This document shows, one piece after another, positions 46,101 to 58,739 of a DNA stretch of 64,000 nucleotides. The stretch covers positions 4,712,001-4,776,000 of the forward strand of contig OY986946.1 in assembly GCA_963920595.1 (NCBI GenBank). Direction: 5' to 3'. Numbering within the stretch: position 1 is the stretch's first letter; each line of letters begins with the position of its first letter. A model generated the notes under the pieces. It was not told the DNA's origin, did no database searches, and saw only the letters and a program-made list of their open reading frames with translations. The stretch is from Eimeria praecox (lineage: Eukaryota). Position numbers and translations under genes: made by a program.

Positions 46101-46462
46101 GCCAATCGCGCAAACAGATGTCTTGCCGCACACACATACCCACGCCGCTAAATGCCATCCAGCCACGCAAACATACCCAACTACCTGCCACTAAACATGC
46201 AAAGCGTGCACGACGATTACGCCTGTCCGACATCCTTATTACCAGCATTCAACGCACTTCCTCCTATACACAACCACCGACTCAACAACTCCTCCGTCCT
46301 AAAAACGAGCTGTCCACTGCAACCGAGCCTGCCTCCACGCTAGACTCCTGCATCATGTTGCTCCAGCACACAGGCACAATGTCGCAGATTCAACGCACGG
46401 CCTTCTGGAGACAGACATCACCCAAATATTTGGCGCCCCCAAATGCCAGAAACGTTCAATGA
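40154..46462 (+). other. Longest read-through ORF (2102 aa of His/Thr/Pro/Gln/Leu-rich 228-aa repeats); probably a non-coding by-product of the satellite
   Basis: The monomer length is a multiple of 3 and one frame lacks stops. There is no recognisable domain, and no unique N- or C-terminus. The ORF is bounded only by a nonsense allele and a +1 frameshift. The confidence value refers to it being a real CDS. Confidence 0.1.
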
Positions 46463-47809
46463 AACGCAACATGCCTCCCACCCAGACCTGTCAAACCATA
46501 CACTGCAGCACATTCACACTGTCCTAACACCCTGCCCCATCCACTTGCTTCTTGACGCAGTTCCTCTGCAGTTGGCCTCAGGTTCCACACACACTCGAAC
46601 ACCGCATCTCACCCTGCACATCACCTCTCCACCCTTCACACAACACACCACCTACTCCAACCTAGCATCTGCTGCGTGCGAAATGCTTCCCCTTCACAAC
46701 CATAAAGCAAGTCAGAACACACATTGTCAATATAACATCCAGCATCCGAAGCTCCTCCATCGCCACACCCTATCTCCCCCACATCGCCAATCGCGCAAAC
46801 AGATGTCTTGCCGCACACACATACCCACGCCGCTAAATGCCATCCAGCCACGCCGACATACCCAACTACCTGCCACTAAACATGCAACGCGTGCAAAGCG
46901 ATTACGCCTGTCCGACATCCTTATTACCAGCATTCAACGCACTTCCTCCTATACACAACCACCGACTCAACAACTCCTCCGTCATAACAACGAGCTGTCC
47001 ACTGCAACCGAGCCTGCCTCCACGCTAGACTCCTGCATCATGTTGCTCCAGCACACAGGCACAATGTCGCAGATTCAACGCACGGCCTTCTGGAGACAGC
47101 CATCACCCAAATATTGGCGCCCCCAAATGCCAGAAACTTTGCATGAAACGCAACATGCCTCCCACCCAGACCTGTCAAACCATACACTGCAGCACATTCA
47201 CACTGTCCTAACACCCTGCCCCATCCACTTGCTTCTTGACGCAGTTCCTCTGCAGTTGACCTCAGGCTCCACACACACTCGAACACCGCATCTCACCCTG
47301 CACATCACCTCTCCACCCTTCACACAACACACCACCTACTCCAACCTAGCATCTGCTGCATGCGAAATGCTTCCCCTCCACAACCATAAAGCAAGTCAGA
47401 ACACACATTGTCAATATAACATCCAGCATCCGAAGCTCCTCCATCGCCACACCCTACCTCCCCCACATCGCCAATCGCGCAAACAGATGTCTTGCCGCAC
47501 ACACATACCCACGCCGCTAAATGCCATCCAGCCACGCAAACATACCCAACTACCTGCCACTAAACATGCAACGCGTGCAAAGCGATTACGCCTGTCCACA
47601 ATTTTTATTATGAGCATTTAACGCACTTCCTCCTATACACAACCACCGACTCAACAGCTCCTCCGTCATAACAACGATTTGACTACTGCAACCGAGCCTG
47701 CCTCCACGCTAGACTCCTGCATCATGTTGCTCCAGCACACAGGCACAATGTCGCAGATTCAACGCACGGCCTTCTGGAGACAGCCATCACCCAAACATTG
47801 GCGCCCCCG

Positions 47810-50800
47810 AATGCCAGAAACTTTGCATGAAACGCAACATGCCTCCCACCCAGACCTGTCAAACCATACACTGCAGCACATTCACACTGTCCTAACACCC
47901 TGCCCCATCCACTTGCTTCTTGACGCAGTTCCTCTGCAGTTGGCCTCAGGCTCCACACACACTCGAACACCGCATCTCACCCTGCACATCACCTCTCCAC
48001 CCTTCACACAACACACCACCTACTCCAACCTAGCATCTGCTGCGTGCGAAATGCTTCCCCTCCACAACCATAAAGCAAGTCAGAACACACATTGTCAATA
48101 TAACATCCAGCATCCGAAGCTCCTCCATCGCCACACCCTACCTCCCCCACATCGCCAATCGCGCAAACAGATGTCTTGCCGCACACACATACCCACGCCG
48201 CTAAATGCCATCCAGCCACGCCGACATACCCAACTACCTGCCACTAAACATGCAAAGCGTGCACGACGATTACGCCTGTCCGACATCCTTATTACCAGCA
48301 TTCAACGCACTTCCTCCTATACACAACCACCGACTCAACAACTCCTCCGAGCTGTCCACTGCAACCGAGCCTGCCTCCACGCTAGACTCCTGCATCATGT
48401 TGCTCCAGCACACAGGCACAATGTCGCAGATTCAACGCACGGCCTTCTGGAGACAGCCATCACCCAAACATTGGCGCCCCCAAATGCCAGAAACTTTGCA
48501 TGAAACGCAACATGCCTCCCACCCAGACCTGTCAAACCATACACTGCAGCACATTCACACTGTCCTAACACCCTGCCCCATCCACTTGCTTCTTGACGCA
48601 GTTCCTCTGCAGTTGACCTCAGGCTCCACACACACTCGAACACCGCATCTCACCCTGCACATCACCTCTCCACCCTTCACACAACACACCACCTACCCCA
48701 ACCTAGCACCCGCTGCGACCGAAACGCTCCCCCTCCACAACCATAAAGCAAGTCAGAACACACATTGTCAATATAACATCCAGCATCCGAAGCTCCTCCA
48801 TCGCCACACCCTACCTCCCCCACATCGCCAATCGCGCAAACAGATGTCTTGCCGCACACACATACCCACGCCGCTAAATGCCATCCAGCCACGCCGACAT
48901 ACCCAACTACCTGCCACTAAACATGCAAAGCGTGCAAAGCGATTACGCCTGTCCGACATCCTTATTACCAGCATTCAACGCACTTCCTCCTATACACAAC
49001 CACCGACTCAACAACTCCTCCGTCCTAAAAACGAGCTGTCCACTGCAACCGAGCCTGCCTCCACGCTAGACTCCTGCATCATGTTGCTCCAGCACACAGG
49101 CACAATGTCGCAGATTCAACGCACGGCCTTCTGGAGACAGCCATCACCCAAACATTGGCGCCCCCAAATGCCAGAAACTTTGCATGAAACGCAACATGCC
49201 TCCCACCCAGACCTGTCAAACCATACACTGCAGCACATTCACACTGTCCTAACACCCTGTCCCATCCACTTGCTTCTTGACGCAGTTCCTCTGCAGTTGA
49301 CCTCAGGCTCCACACACACTCGAACACCGCATCTCATCCTTCACATCACCTCTCCACCCTTCACACAACACACCACCTACCCCAACCTAGCACCCGCTGC
49401 GACCGAAACGCTCCCCCTCCACAACCATAAAGCAAGTCAGAACACACATTGTCAATATAAAATCCAGCATCCGAAGCTCCTCCATCGCCACACCCTACCT
49501 CCCCCACATCGCCAATCGCGCAAACAGATGTCTTGCCGCACACACATACCCACGCCGCTAAATGCCATCCAGCCACGCAAACATACCCAACTACCTGCCA
49601 CTAAACATGCAACGCGTGCACAGCGATTAAGCCTGTCCGACATCCTTATTACCAGCATTCAACACCCTTCCTCCTATACACAGCGATCGACTCAACAACT
49701 CCTCCGTGCTAAAAACGAGCTGTCCACTGCAACCGAGCCTGCCTCCACGCTAGACTCCTGCATCATGTTGCTCCAGCACACAGGCACAATGTCGCAGATT
49801 CAACGCACGGCCTTCTGGAGACAGCCATCACCCAAACATTGGCGCCCCCAAATGCCAGAAACTTTGCATGAAACGCAACATGCCTCCCACCCAGACCTGT
49901 CAAACCATACACTGCAGCACATTCACACTGTCCTAACACCCTGCCCCATCCACTTGCTTCTTGACGCAGTTCCTCTGCAGTTGGCCTCAGGCTCCACACA
50001 CACTCGAACACCGCATCTCACCCTGCACATCACCTCTCCACCCTTCACACAACACACCACCTACTCCAACCTAGCATCTGCTGCGTGCGAAATGCTTCCC
50101 CTCCACAACCATAAAGCAAGTCAGAACACACATTGTCAATATAACATCCAGCATCCGAAGCTCCTCCATCGCCACACCCTACCTCCCCCACATCGCCAAT
50201 CGCGCAAACAGATGTCTTGCCGCACACACATACCCACGCCGCTAAATGCCATCCAGCCACGCCGACATACCCAACTACCTGCCACTAAACATGCAAAGCG
50301 TGCACGACGATTACGCCTGTCCGACATCCTTATTACCAGCATTCAACGCACTTCCTCCTATACACAACCACCGACTCAACAACTCCTCCGAGCTGTCCAC
50401 TGCAACCGAGCCTGCCTCCACGCTAGACTCCTGCATCATGTTGCTCCAGCACACAGGCACAATGTCGCAGATTCAACGCACGGCCTTCTGGAGACAGCCA
50501 TCACCCAAACATTGGCGCCCCCAAATGCCAGAAACTTTGCATGAAACGCAACATGCCTCCCACCCAGACCTGTCAAACCATACACTGCAGCACATTCACA
50601 CTGTCCTAACACCCTGCCCCATCCACTTGCTTCTTGACGCAGTTCCTCTGCAGTTGACCTCAGGCTCCACACACACTCGAACACCGCATCTCACCCTGCA
50701 CATCACCTCTCCACCCTTCACACAACACACCACCTACCCCAACCTAGCACCCGCTGCGACCGAAACGCTCCCCCTCCACAACCATAAAGCAAGTCAGAAC

Positions 50801-51900
50801 ACACATTGTCAATATAACATCCAGCATCCGAAGCTCCTCCATCGCCACACCCTACCTCCCCCACATCGCCAATCGCGCAAACAGATGTCTTGCCGCACAC
50901 ACATACCCACGCCGCTAAATGCCATCCAGCCACGCCGACATACCCAACTACCTGCCACTAAACATGCAAAGCGTGCAAAGCGATTACGCCTGTCCGACAT
51001 CCTTATTACCAGCATTCAACGCACTTCCTCCTATACACAACCACCGACTCAACAACTCCTCCGTCCTAAAAACGAGCTGTCCACTGCAACCGAGCCTGCC
51101 TCCACGCTAGACTCCTGCATCATGTTGCTCCAGCACACAGGCACAATGTCGCAGATTCAACGCACGGCCTTCTGGAGACAGCCATCACCCAAACATTGGC
51201 GCCCCCAAATGCCAGAAACGTTCAATGAAACGCAACATGCCTCCCACCCAGACCTGTCAAACCATACACTGCAGCACATTCACACTGTCCTAACACCCTG
51301 TCCCATCCACTTGCTTCTTGACGCAGTTCCTCTGCAGTTGACCTCAGGCTCCACACACACTCGAACACCGCATCTCATCCTTCACATCACCTCTCCACCC
51401 TTCACACAACACACCACCTACCCCAACCTAGCACCCGCTGCAACCGAAACGCTCCCCCTCCACAACCATAAAGCAAGTCAGAACACACATTGTCAATATA
51501 AAATCCAGCATCCGAAGCTCCTCCATCGCCACACCCTACCTCCCCCACATCGCCAATCGCGCAAACAGATGTCTTGCCGCACACACATACCCACGCCGCT
51601 AAATGCCATCCAGCCACGCAAACATACCCAACTACCTGCCACTAAACATGCAACGCGTGCACAGCGATTAAGCCTGTCCGACATCCTTATTACCAGCATT
51701 CAACACCCTTCCTCCTATACACAGCGATCGACTCAACAACTCCTCCGTGCTAAAAACGAGCTGTCCACTGCAACCGAGCCTGCCTCCACGCTAGACTCCT
51801 GCATCATGTTGCTCCAGCACACAGGCACAATGTCGCAGATTCAACGCACGGCCTTCTGGAGACAGCCATCACCCAAACATTGGCGCCCCCAAATGCCAGA
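47810..51900. repeat. 3-monomer (2041 bp = 3x684-11) duplication marked by the 11-bp deletion
   Basis: Deletion junction CTCCTCCG/AGCTG at 48349/48350 and 50390/50391. ORFs starting at 48205 and 50246 are near-identical. Confidence 0.85.
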
Positions 51901-54900
51901 AACGTTCAATGAAACGCAACATGCCTCCCACCCAGACCTGTCAAACCATACACTGCAGCACATTCACACTGTCCTAGCACCCTGCCCCATCCACGTGCTG
52001 CTTGACGCAGTTCCTCTGCAGTTGACCTCAGGCTCCACACACACTCGAACACCGCATCTCACCCTGCACATCACCTCTCCACCCTTCACACAACACACCA
52101 CCTACTCCAACCTAGCATCTGCTGCGTGCGAAATGCTTCCCCTCCACAACCATAAAGCCAGTCAGAACACACATTGTCAATATAACATCCAGCATCCGAA
52201 GCTCCTCCATCGCCACACCCTATCTCCCCCACATCGCCAATCGCGCAAACAGATGTCTTGCCGCACACACATACCCACGCCGCTAAATGCCATCCAGCCA
52301 CGCCGACATACCCAACTACCTGCCACTAAACATGCAAAGCGTGCAAAGCGATTACGCCTGTCCGACATCCTTATTACCAGCATTCAACGCACTTCCTCCT
52401 ATACACAACCACCGACTCAACAACTCCTCCGTCCTAAAAACGAGCTGTCCACTGCAACCGAGCCTGCCTCCACGCTAGACTCCTGCATCATGTTGCTCCA
52501 GCACACAGGCACAATGTCGCAGATTCAACGCACGGCCTTCTGGAGACAGCCATCACCCAAACATTGGCGCCCCCAAATGCCAGAAACGTTCAATGAAACG
52601 CAACATGCCTCCCACCCAGACCTGTCAAACCATACACTGCAGCACATTCACACTGTCCTAACACCCTGTCCCATCCACTTGCTTCTTGACGCAGTTCCTC
52701 TGCAGTTGACCTCAGGCTCCACACACACTCGAACACCGCATCTCATCCTTCACATCACCTCTCCACCCTTCACACAACACACCACCTACCCCAACCTAGC
52801 GCCCGCTGCGACCGAAACGCTCCCCCTCCACAACCATAAAGCAAGTCAGAACACACATTGTCAATATAAAATCCAGCATCCGAAGCTCCTCCATCGCCAC
52901 ACCCTACCTCCCCCACATCGCCAATCGCGCAAACAGATGTCTTGCCGCACACACATACCCACGCCGCTAAATGCCATCCAGCCACGCAAACATACCCAAC
53001 TACCTGCCACTAAACATGCAACGCGTGCACAGCGATTAAGCCTGTCCGACATCCTTATTACCAGCATTCAACACCCTTCCTCCTATACACAGCGATCGAC
53101 TCAACAACTCCTCCGTGCTAAAAACGAGCTGTCCACTGCAACCGAGCCTGCCTCCACGCTAGACTCCTGCATCATGTTGCTCCAGCACACAGGCACAATG
53201 TCGCAGATTCAACGCACGGCCTTCTGGAGACAGCCATCACCCAAACATTGGCGCCCCCAAATGCCAGAAACGTTCAATGAAACGCAACATGCCTCCCACC
53301 CAGACCTGTCAAACCATACACTGCAGCACATTCACACTGTCCTAGCACCCTGCCCCATCCACGTGCTGCTTGACGCAGTTCCTCTGCAGTTGACCTCAGG
53401 CTCCACACACACTCGAACACCGCATCTCACCCTGCACATCACCTCTCCACCCTTCACACAACACACCACCTACTCCAACCTAGCATCTGCTGCGTGCGAA
53501 ATGCTTCCCCTCCACAACCATAAAGCCAGTCAGAACACACATTGTCAATATAACATCCAGCATCCGAAGCTCCTCCATCGCCACACCCTATCTCCCCCAC
53601 ATCGCCAATCGCGCAAACAGATGTCTTGCCGCACACACATACCCACGCCGCTAAATGCCATCCAGCCACGCAAACATACCCAACTACCTGCCACTAAACA
53701 TGCAAAGCGTGCACGACGATTACGCCTGTCCGACATCCTTATTACCAGCATTCAACACCCTTCCTCCTATACACAGCGATCGACTCAACAACTCCTCCGT
53801 CCTAAAAACGAGCTGTCCACTGCAACCGAGCCTGCCTCCACGCTAGACTCCTGCATCATGTTGCTCCAGCACACAGGCACAATGTCGCAGATTCAACGCA
53901 CGGCCTTCTGGAGACAGCCATCACCCAAACATTGGCGCCCCCGAATGCCAGAAACTTTGCATGAAACGCAACATGCCTCCCACCCAGACCTGTCAAACCA
54001 TACACTGCAGCACATTCACACTGTCCTAACACCCTGCCCCATCCACGTGCTGCTTGACGCAGTTCCTCTGCAGTTGACCTCAGGCTCCACACACACTCGA
54101 ACACCGCATCTCACCCTGCACATCACCTCTCCACCCTTCACACAACACACCACCTACTCCAACCTAGCATCTGCTGCGTGCGAAATGCTTCCCCTCCACA
54201 ACCATAAAGCAAGTCAGAACACACATTGTCAATATAACATCCAGCATCCGAAGCTCCTCCATCGCCACACCCTACCTCCCCCACATCGCCAATCGCGCAA
54301 ACAGATGTCTTGCCGCACACACATACCCACGCCGCTAAATGCCATCCAGCCACGCCGACATACCCAACTACCTGCCACTAAACATGCAAAGCGTGCACGA
54401 CGATTACGCCTGTCCGACATCCTTATTACCAGCATTCAACGCACTTCCTCCTATACACAACCACCGACTCAACAACTCCTCCGAGCTGTCCACTGCAACC
54501 GAGCCTGCCTCCACGCTAGACTCCTGCATCATGTTGCTCCAGCACACAGGCACAATGTCGCAGATTCAACGCACGGCCTTCTGGAGACAGCCATCACCCA
54601 AACATTGGCGCCCCCAAATGCCAGAAACTTTGCATGAAACGCAACATGCCTCCCACCCAGACCTGTCAAACCATACACTGCAGCACATTCACACTGTCCT
54701 AACACCCTGTCCCATCCACTTGCTTCTTGACGCAGTTCCTCTGCAGTTGACCTCAGGCTCCACACACACTCGAACACCGCATCTCATCCTTCACATCACC
54801 TCTCCACCCTTCACACAACACACCACCTACCCCAACCTAGCACCCGCTGCGACCGAAACGCTCCCCCTCCACAACCATAAAGCAAGTCAGAACACACATT

Positions 54901-55569
54901 GTCAATATAAAATCCAGCATCCGAAGCTCCTCCATCGCCACACCCTACCTCCCCCACATCGCCAATCGCGCAAACAGATGTCTTGCCGCACACACATACC
55001 CACGCCGCTAAATGCCATCCAGCCACGCAAACATACCCAACTACCTGCCACTAAACATGCAACGCGTGCACAGCGATTAAGCCTGTCCGACATCCTTATT
55101 ACCAGCATTCAACACCCTTCCTCCTATACACAGCGATCGACTCAACAACTCCTCCGTGCTAAAAACGAGCTGTCCACTGCAACCGAGCCTGCCTCCACGC
55201 TAGACTCCTGCATCATGTTGCTCCAGCACACAGGCACAATGTCGCAGATTCAACGCACGGCCTTCTGGAGACAGCCATCACCCAAACATTGGCGCCCCCA
55301 AATGCCAGAAACGTTCAATGAAACGCAACATGCCTCCCACCCAGACCTGTCAAACCATACACTGCAGCACATTCACACTGTCCTAGCACCCTGCCCCATC
55401 CACGTGCTGCTTGACGCAGTTCCTCTGCAGTTGACCTCAGGCTCCACACACACTCGAACACCGCATCTCACCCTGCACATCACCTCTCCACCCTTCACAC
55501 AACACACCACCTACTCCAACCTAGCATCTGCTGCGTGCGAAATGCTTCCCCTCCACAACCATAAAGCCA

Positions 55570-58250
55570 GTCAGAACACACATTGTCAATATAACATCCA
55601 GCATCCGAAGCTCCTCCATCGCCACACCCTATCTCCCCCACATCGCCAATCGCGCAAACAGATGTCTTGCCGCACACACATACCCACGCCGCTAAATGCC
55701 ATCCAGCCACGCAAACATACCCAACTACCTGCCACTAAACATGCAAAGCGTGCACGACGATTACGCCTGTCCGACATCCTTATTACCAGCATTCAACACC
55801 CTTCCTCCTATACACAGCGATCGACTCAACAACTCCTCCGTCCTAAAAACGAGCTGTCCACTGCAACCGAGCCTGCCTCCACGCTAGACTCCTGCATCAT
55901 GTTGCTCCAGCACACAGGCACAATGTCGCAGATTCAACGCACGGCCTTCTGGAGACAGCCATCACCCAAACATTGGCGCCCCCAAATGCCAGAAACTTTG
56001 CATGAAACGCAACATGCCTCCCACCCAGACCTGTCAAACCATACACTGCAGCACATTCACACTGTCCTAACACCCTGCCCCATCCACTTGCTTCTTGACG
56101 CAGTTCCTCTGCAGTTGACCTCAGGCTCCACACACACTCGAACACCGCATCTCATCCTTCACATCACCTCTCCACCCTTCACACAACACACCACCTACCC
56201 CAACCTAGCACCCGCTGCGACCGAAACGCTCCCCCTCCACAACCATAAAGCAAGTCAGAACACACATTGTCAATATAAAATCCAGCATCCGAAGCTCCTC
56301 CATCGCCACACCCTACCTCCCCCACATCGCCAATCGCGCAAACAGATGTCTTGCCGCACACACATACCCACGCCGCTAAATGCCATCCAGCCACGCCGAC
56401 ATACCCAACTACCTGCCACTAAACATGCAACGCGTGCAAAGCGATTACGCCTGTCCGACATCCTTATTACCAGCATTCAACGCACTTCCTCCTATACACA
56501 ACCACCGACTCAACAACTCCTCCGTCATAACAACGATTTGACTACTGCAACCGAGCCTGCCTCCACGCTAGACTCCTGCATCATGTTGCTCCAGCACACA
56601 GGCACAATGTCGCAGATTCAACGCACGGCCTTCTGGAGACAGCCATCACCCAAACATTGGCGCCCCCAAATGCCAGAAACGTTCAATGAAACGCAACATG
56701 CCTCCCACCCAGACCTGTCAAACCATACACTGCAGCACATTCACACTGTCCTAACACCCTGCCCCATCCACTTGCTTCTTGACGCAGTTCCTCTGCAGTT
56801 GACCTCAGGCTCCACACACACTCGAACACCGCATCTCATCCTTCACATCACCTCTCCACCCTTCACACAACACACCACCTACTCCAACCTAGCATCTGCT
56901 GCGTGCGAAATGCTTCCCCTCCACAACCATAAAGCAAGTCAGAACACACATTGTCAATATAACATCCAGCATCCGAAGCTCCTCCATCGCCACACCCTAT
57001 CTCCCCCACATCGCCAATCGCGCAAACAGATGTCTTGCCGCACACACATACCCACGCCGCTAAATGCCATCCAGCCACGCAAACATACCCAACTACCTGC
57101 CACTAAACATGCAAAGCGTGCACGACGATTACGCCTGTCCGACATCCTTATTACCAGCATTCAACACCCTTCCTCCTATACACAGCGATCGACTCAACAA
57201 CTCCTCCGTCCTAAAAACGAGCTGTCCACTGCAACCGAGCCTGCCTCCACGCTAGACTCCTGCATCATGTTGCTCCAGCACACAGGCACAATGTCGCAGA
57301 TTCAACGCACGGCCTTCTGGAGACAGCCATCACCCAAACATTGGCGCCCCCAAATGCCAGAAACTTTGCATGAAACGCAACATGCCTCCCACCCAGACCT
57401 GTCAAACCATACACTGCAGCACATTCACACTGTCCTAACACCCTGCCCCATCCACTTGCTTCTTGACGCAGTTCCTCTGCAGTTGACCTCAGGCTCCACA
57501 CACACTCGAACACCGCATCTCATCCTTCACATCACCTCTCCACCCTTCACACAACACACCACCTACCCCAACCTAGCACCCGCTGCGACCGAAACGCTCC
57601 CCCTCCACAACCATAAAGCAAGTCAGAACACACATTGTCAATATAAAATCCAGCATCCGAAGCTCCTCCATCGCCACACCCTACCTCCCCCACATCGCCA
57701 ATCGCGCAAACAGATGTCTTGCCGCACACACATACCCACGCCGCTAAATGCCATCCAGCCACGCCGACATACCCAACTACCTGCCACTAAACATGCAACG
57801 CGTGCAAAGCGATTACGCCTGTCCGACATCCTTATTACCAGCATTCAACGCACTTCCTCCTATACACAACCACCGACTCAACAACTCCTCCGTCATAACA
57901 ACGATTTGACTACTGCAACCGAGCCTGCCTCCACGCTAGACTCCTGCATCATGTTGCTCCAGCACACAGGCACAATGTCGCAGATTCAACGCACGGCCTT
58001 CTGGAGACAGCCATCACCCAAACATTGGCGCCCCCAAATGCCAGAAACGTTCAATGAAACGCAACATGCCTCCCACCCAGACCTGTCAAACCATACACTG
58101 CAGCACATTCACACTGTCCTAACACCCTGCCCCATCCACTTGCTTCTTGACGCAGTTCCTCTGCAGTTGACCTCAGGCTCCACACACACTCGAACACCGC
58201 ATCTCATCCTTCACATCACCTCTCCACCCTTCACACAACACACCACCTAC
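55570..58250. repeat. 2-monomer (1368 bp) tandem duplication
   Basis: Monomers at 55986 and 57354 share ACTTTGCATG, TATAAAATCC, TGCAAAGCGATTACG and AACGATTTGACTAC alleles. Confidence 0.82.
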
Positions 58251-58739
58251 CCCAACCTAGCACCCGCTGCGACCGAAACGCTCCCCCTCCACAACCATAA
58301 AGCAAGTCAGAACACACATTGTCAATATAAAATCCAGCATCCGAAGCTCCTCCATCGCCACACCCTACCTCCCCCACATCGCCAATCGCGCAAACAGATG
58401 TCTTGCCGCACACACATACCCACGCCGCTAAATGCCATCCAGCCACGCAAACATACCCAACTACCTGCCACTAAACATGCAACGCGTGCACAGCGATTAA
58501 GCCTGTCCGCCATCCTTATTACCAGCATTCAACACCCTTCCTCCTATACACAGCGATCGACTCAACAACTCCTCCGTGCTAAAAACGAGCTGTCCACTGC
58601 AACCGAGCCTGCCTCCACGCTAGACTCCTGCATCATGTTGCTCCAGCACACAGGCACAATGTCGCAGATTCAACGCACGGCCTTCTGGAGACAGCCATCA
58701 CCCAAACATTGGCGCCCCCAAATGCCAGAAACGTTCAAT

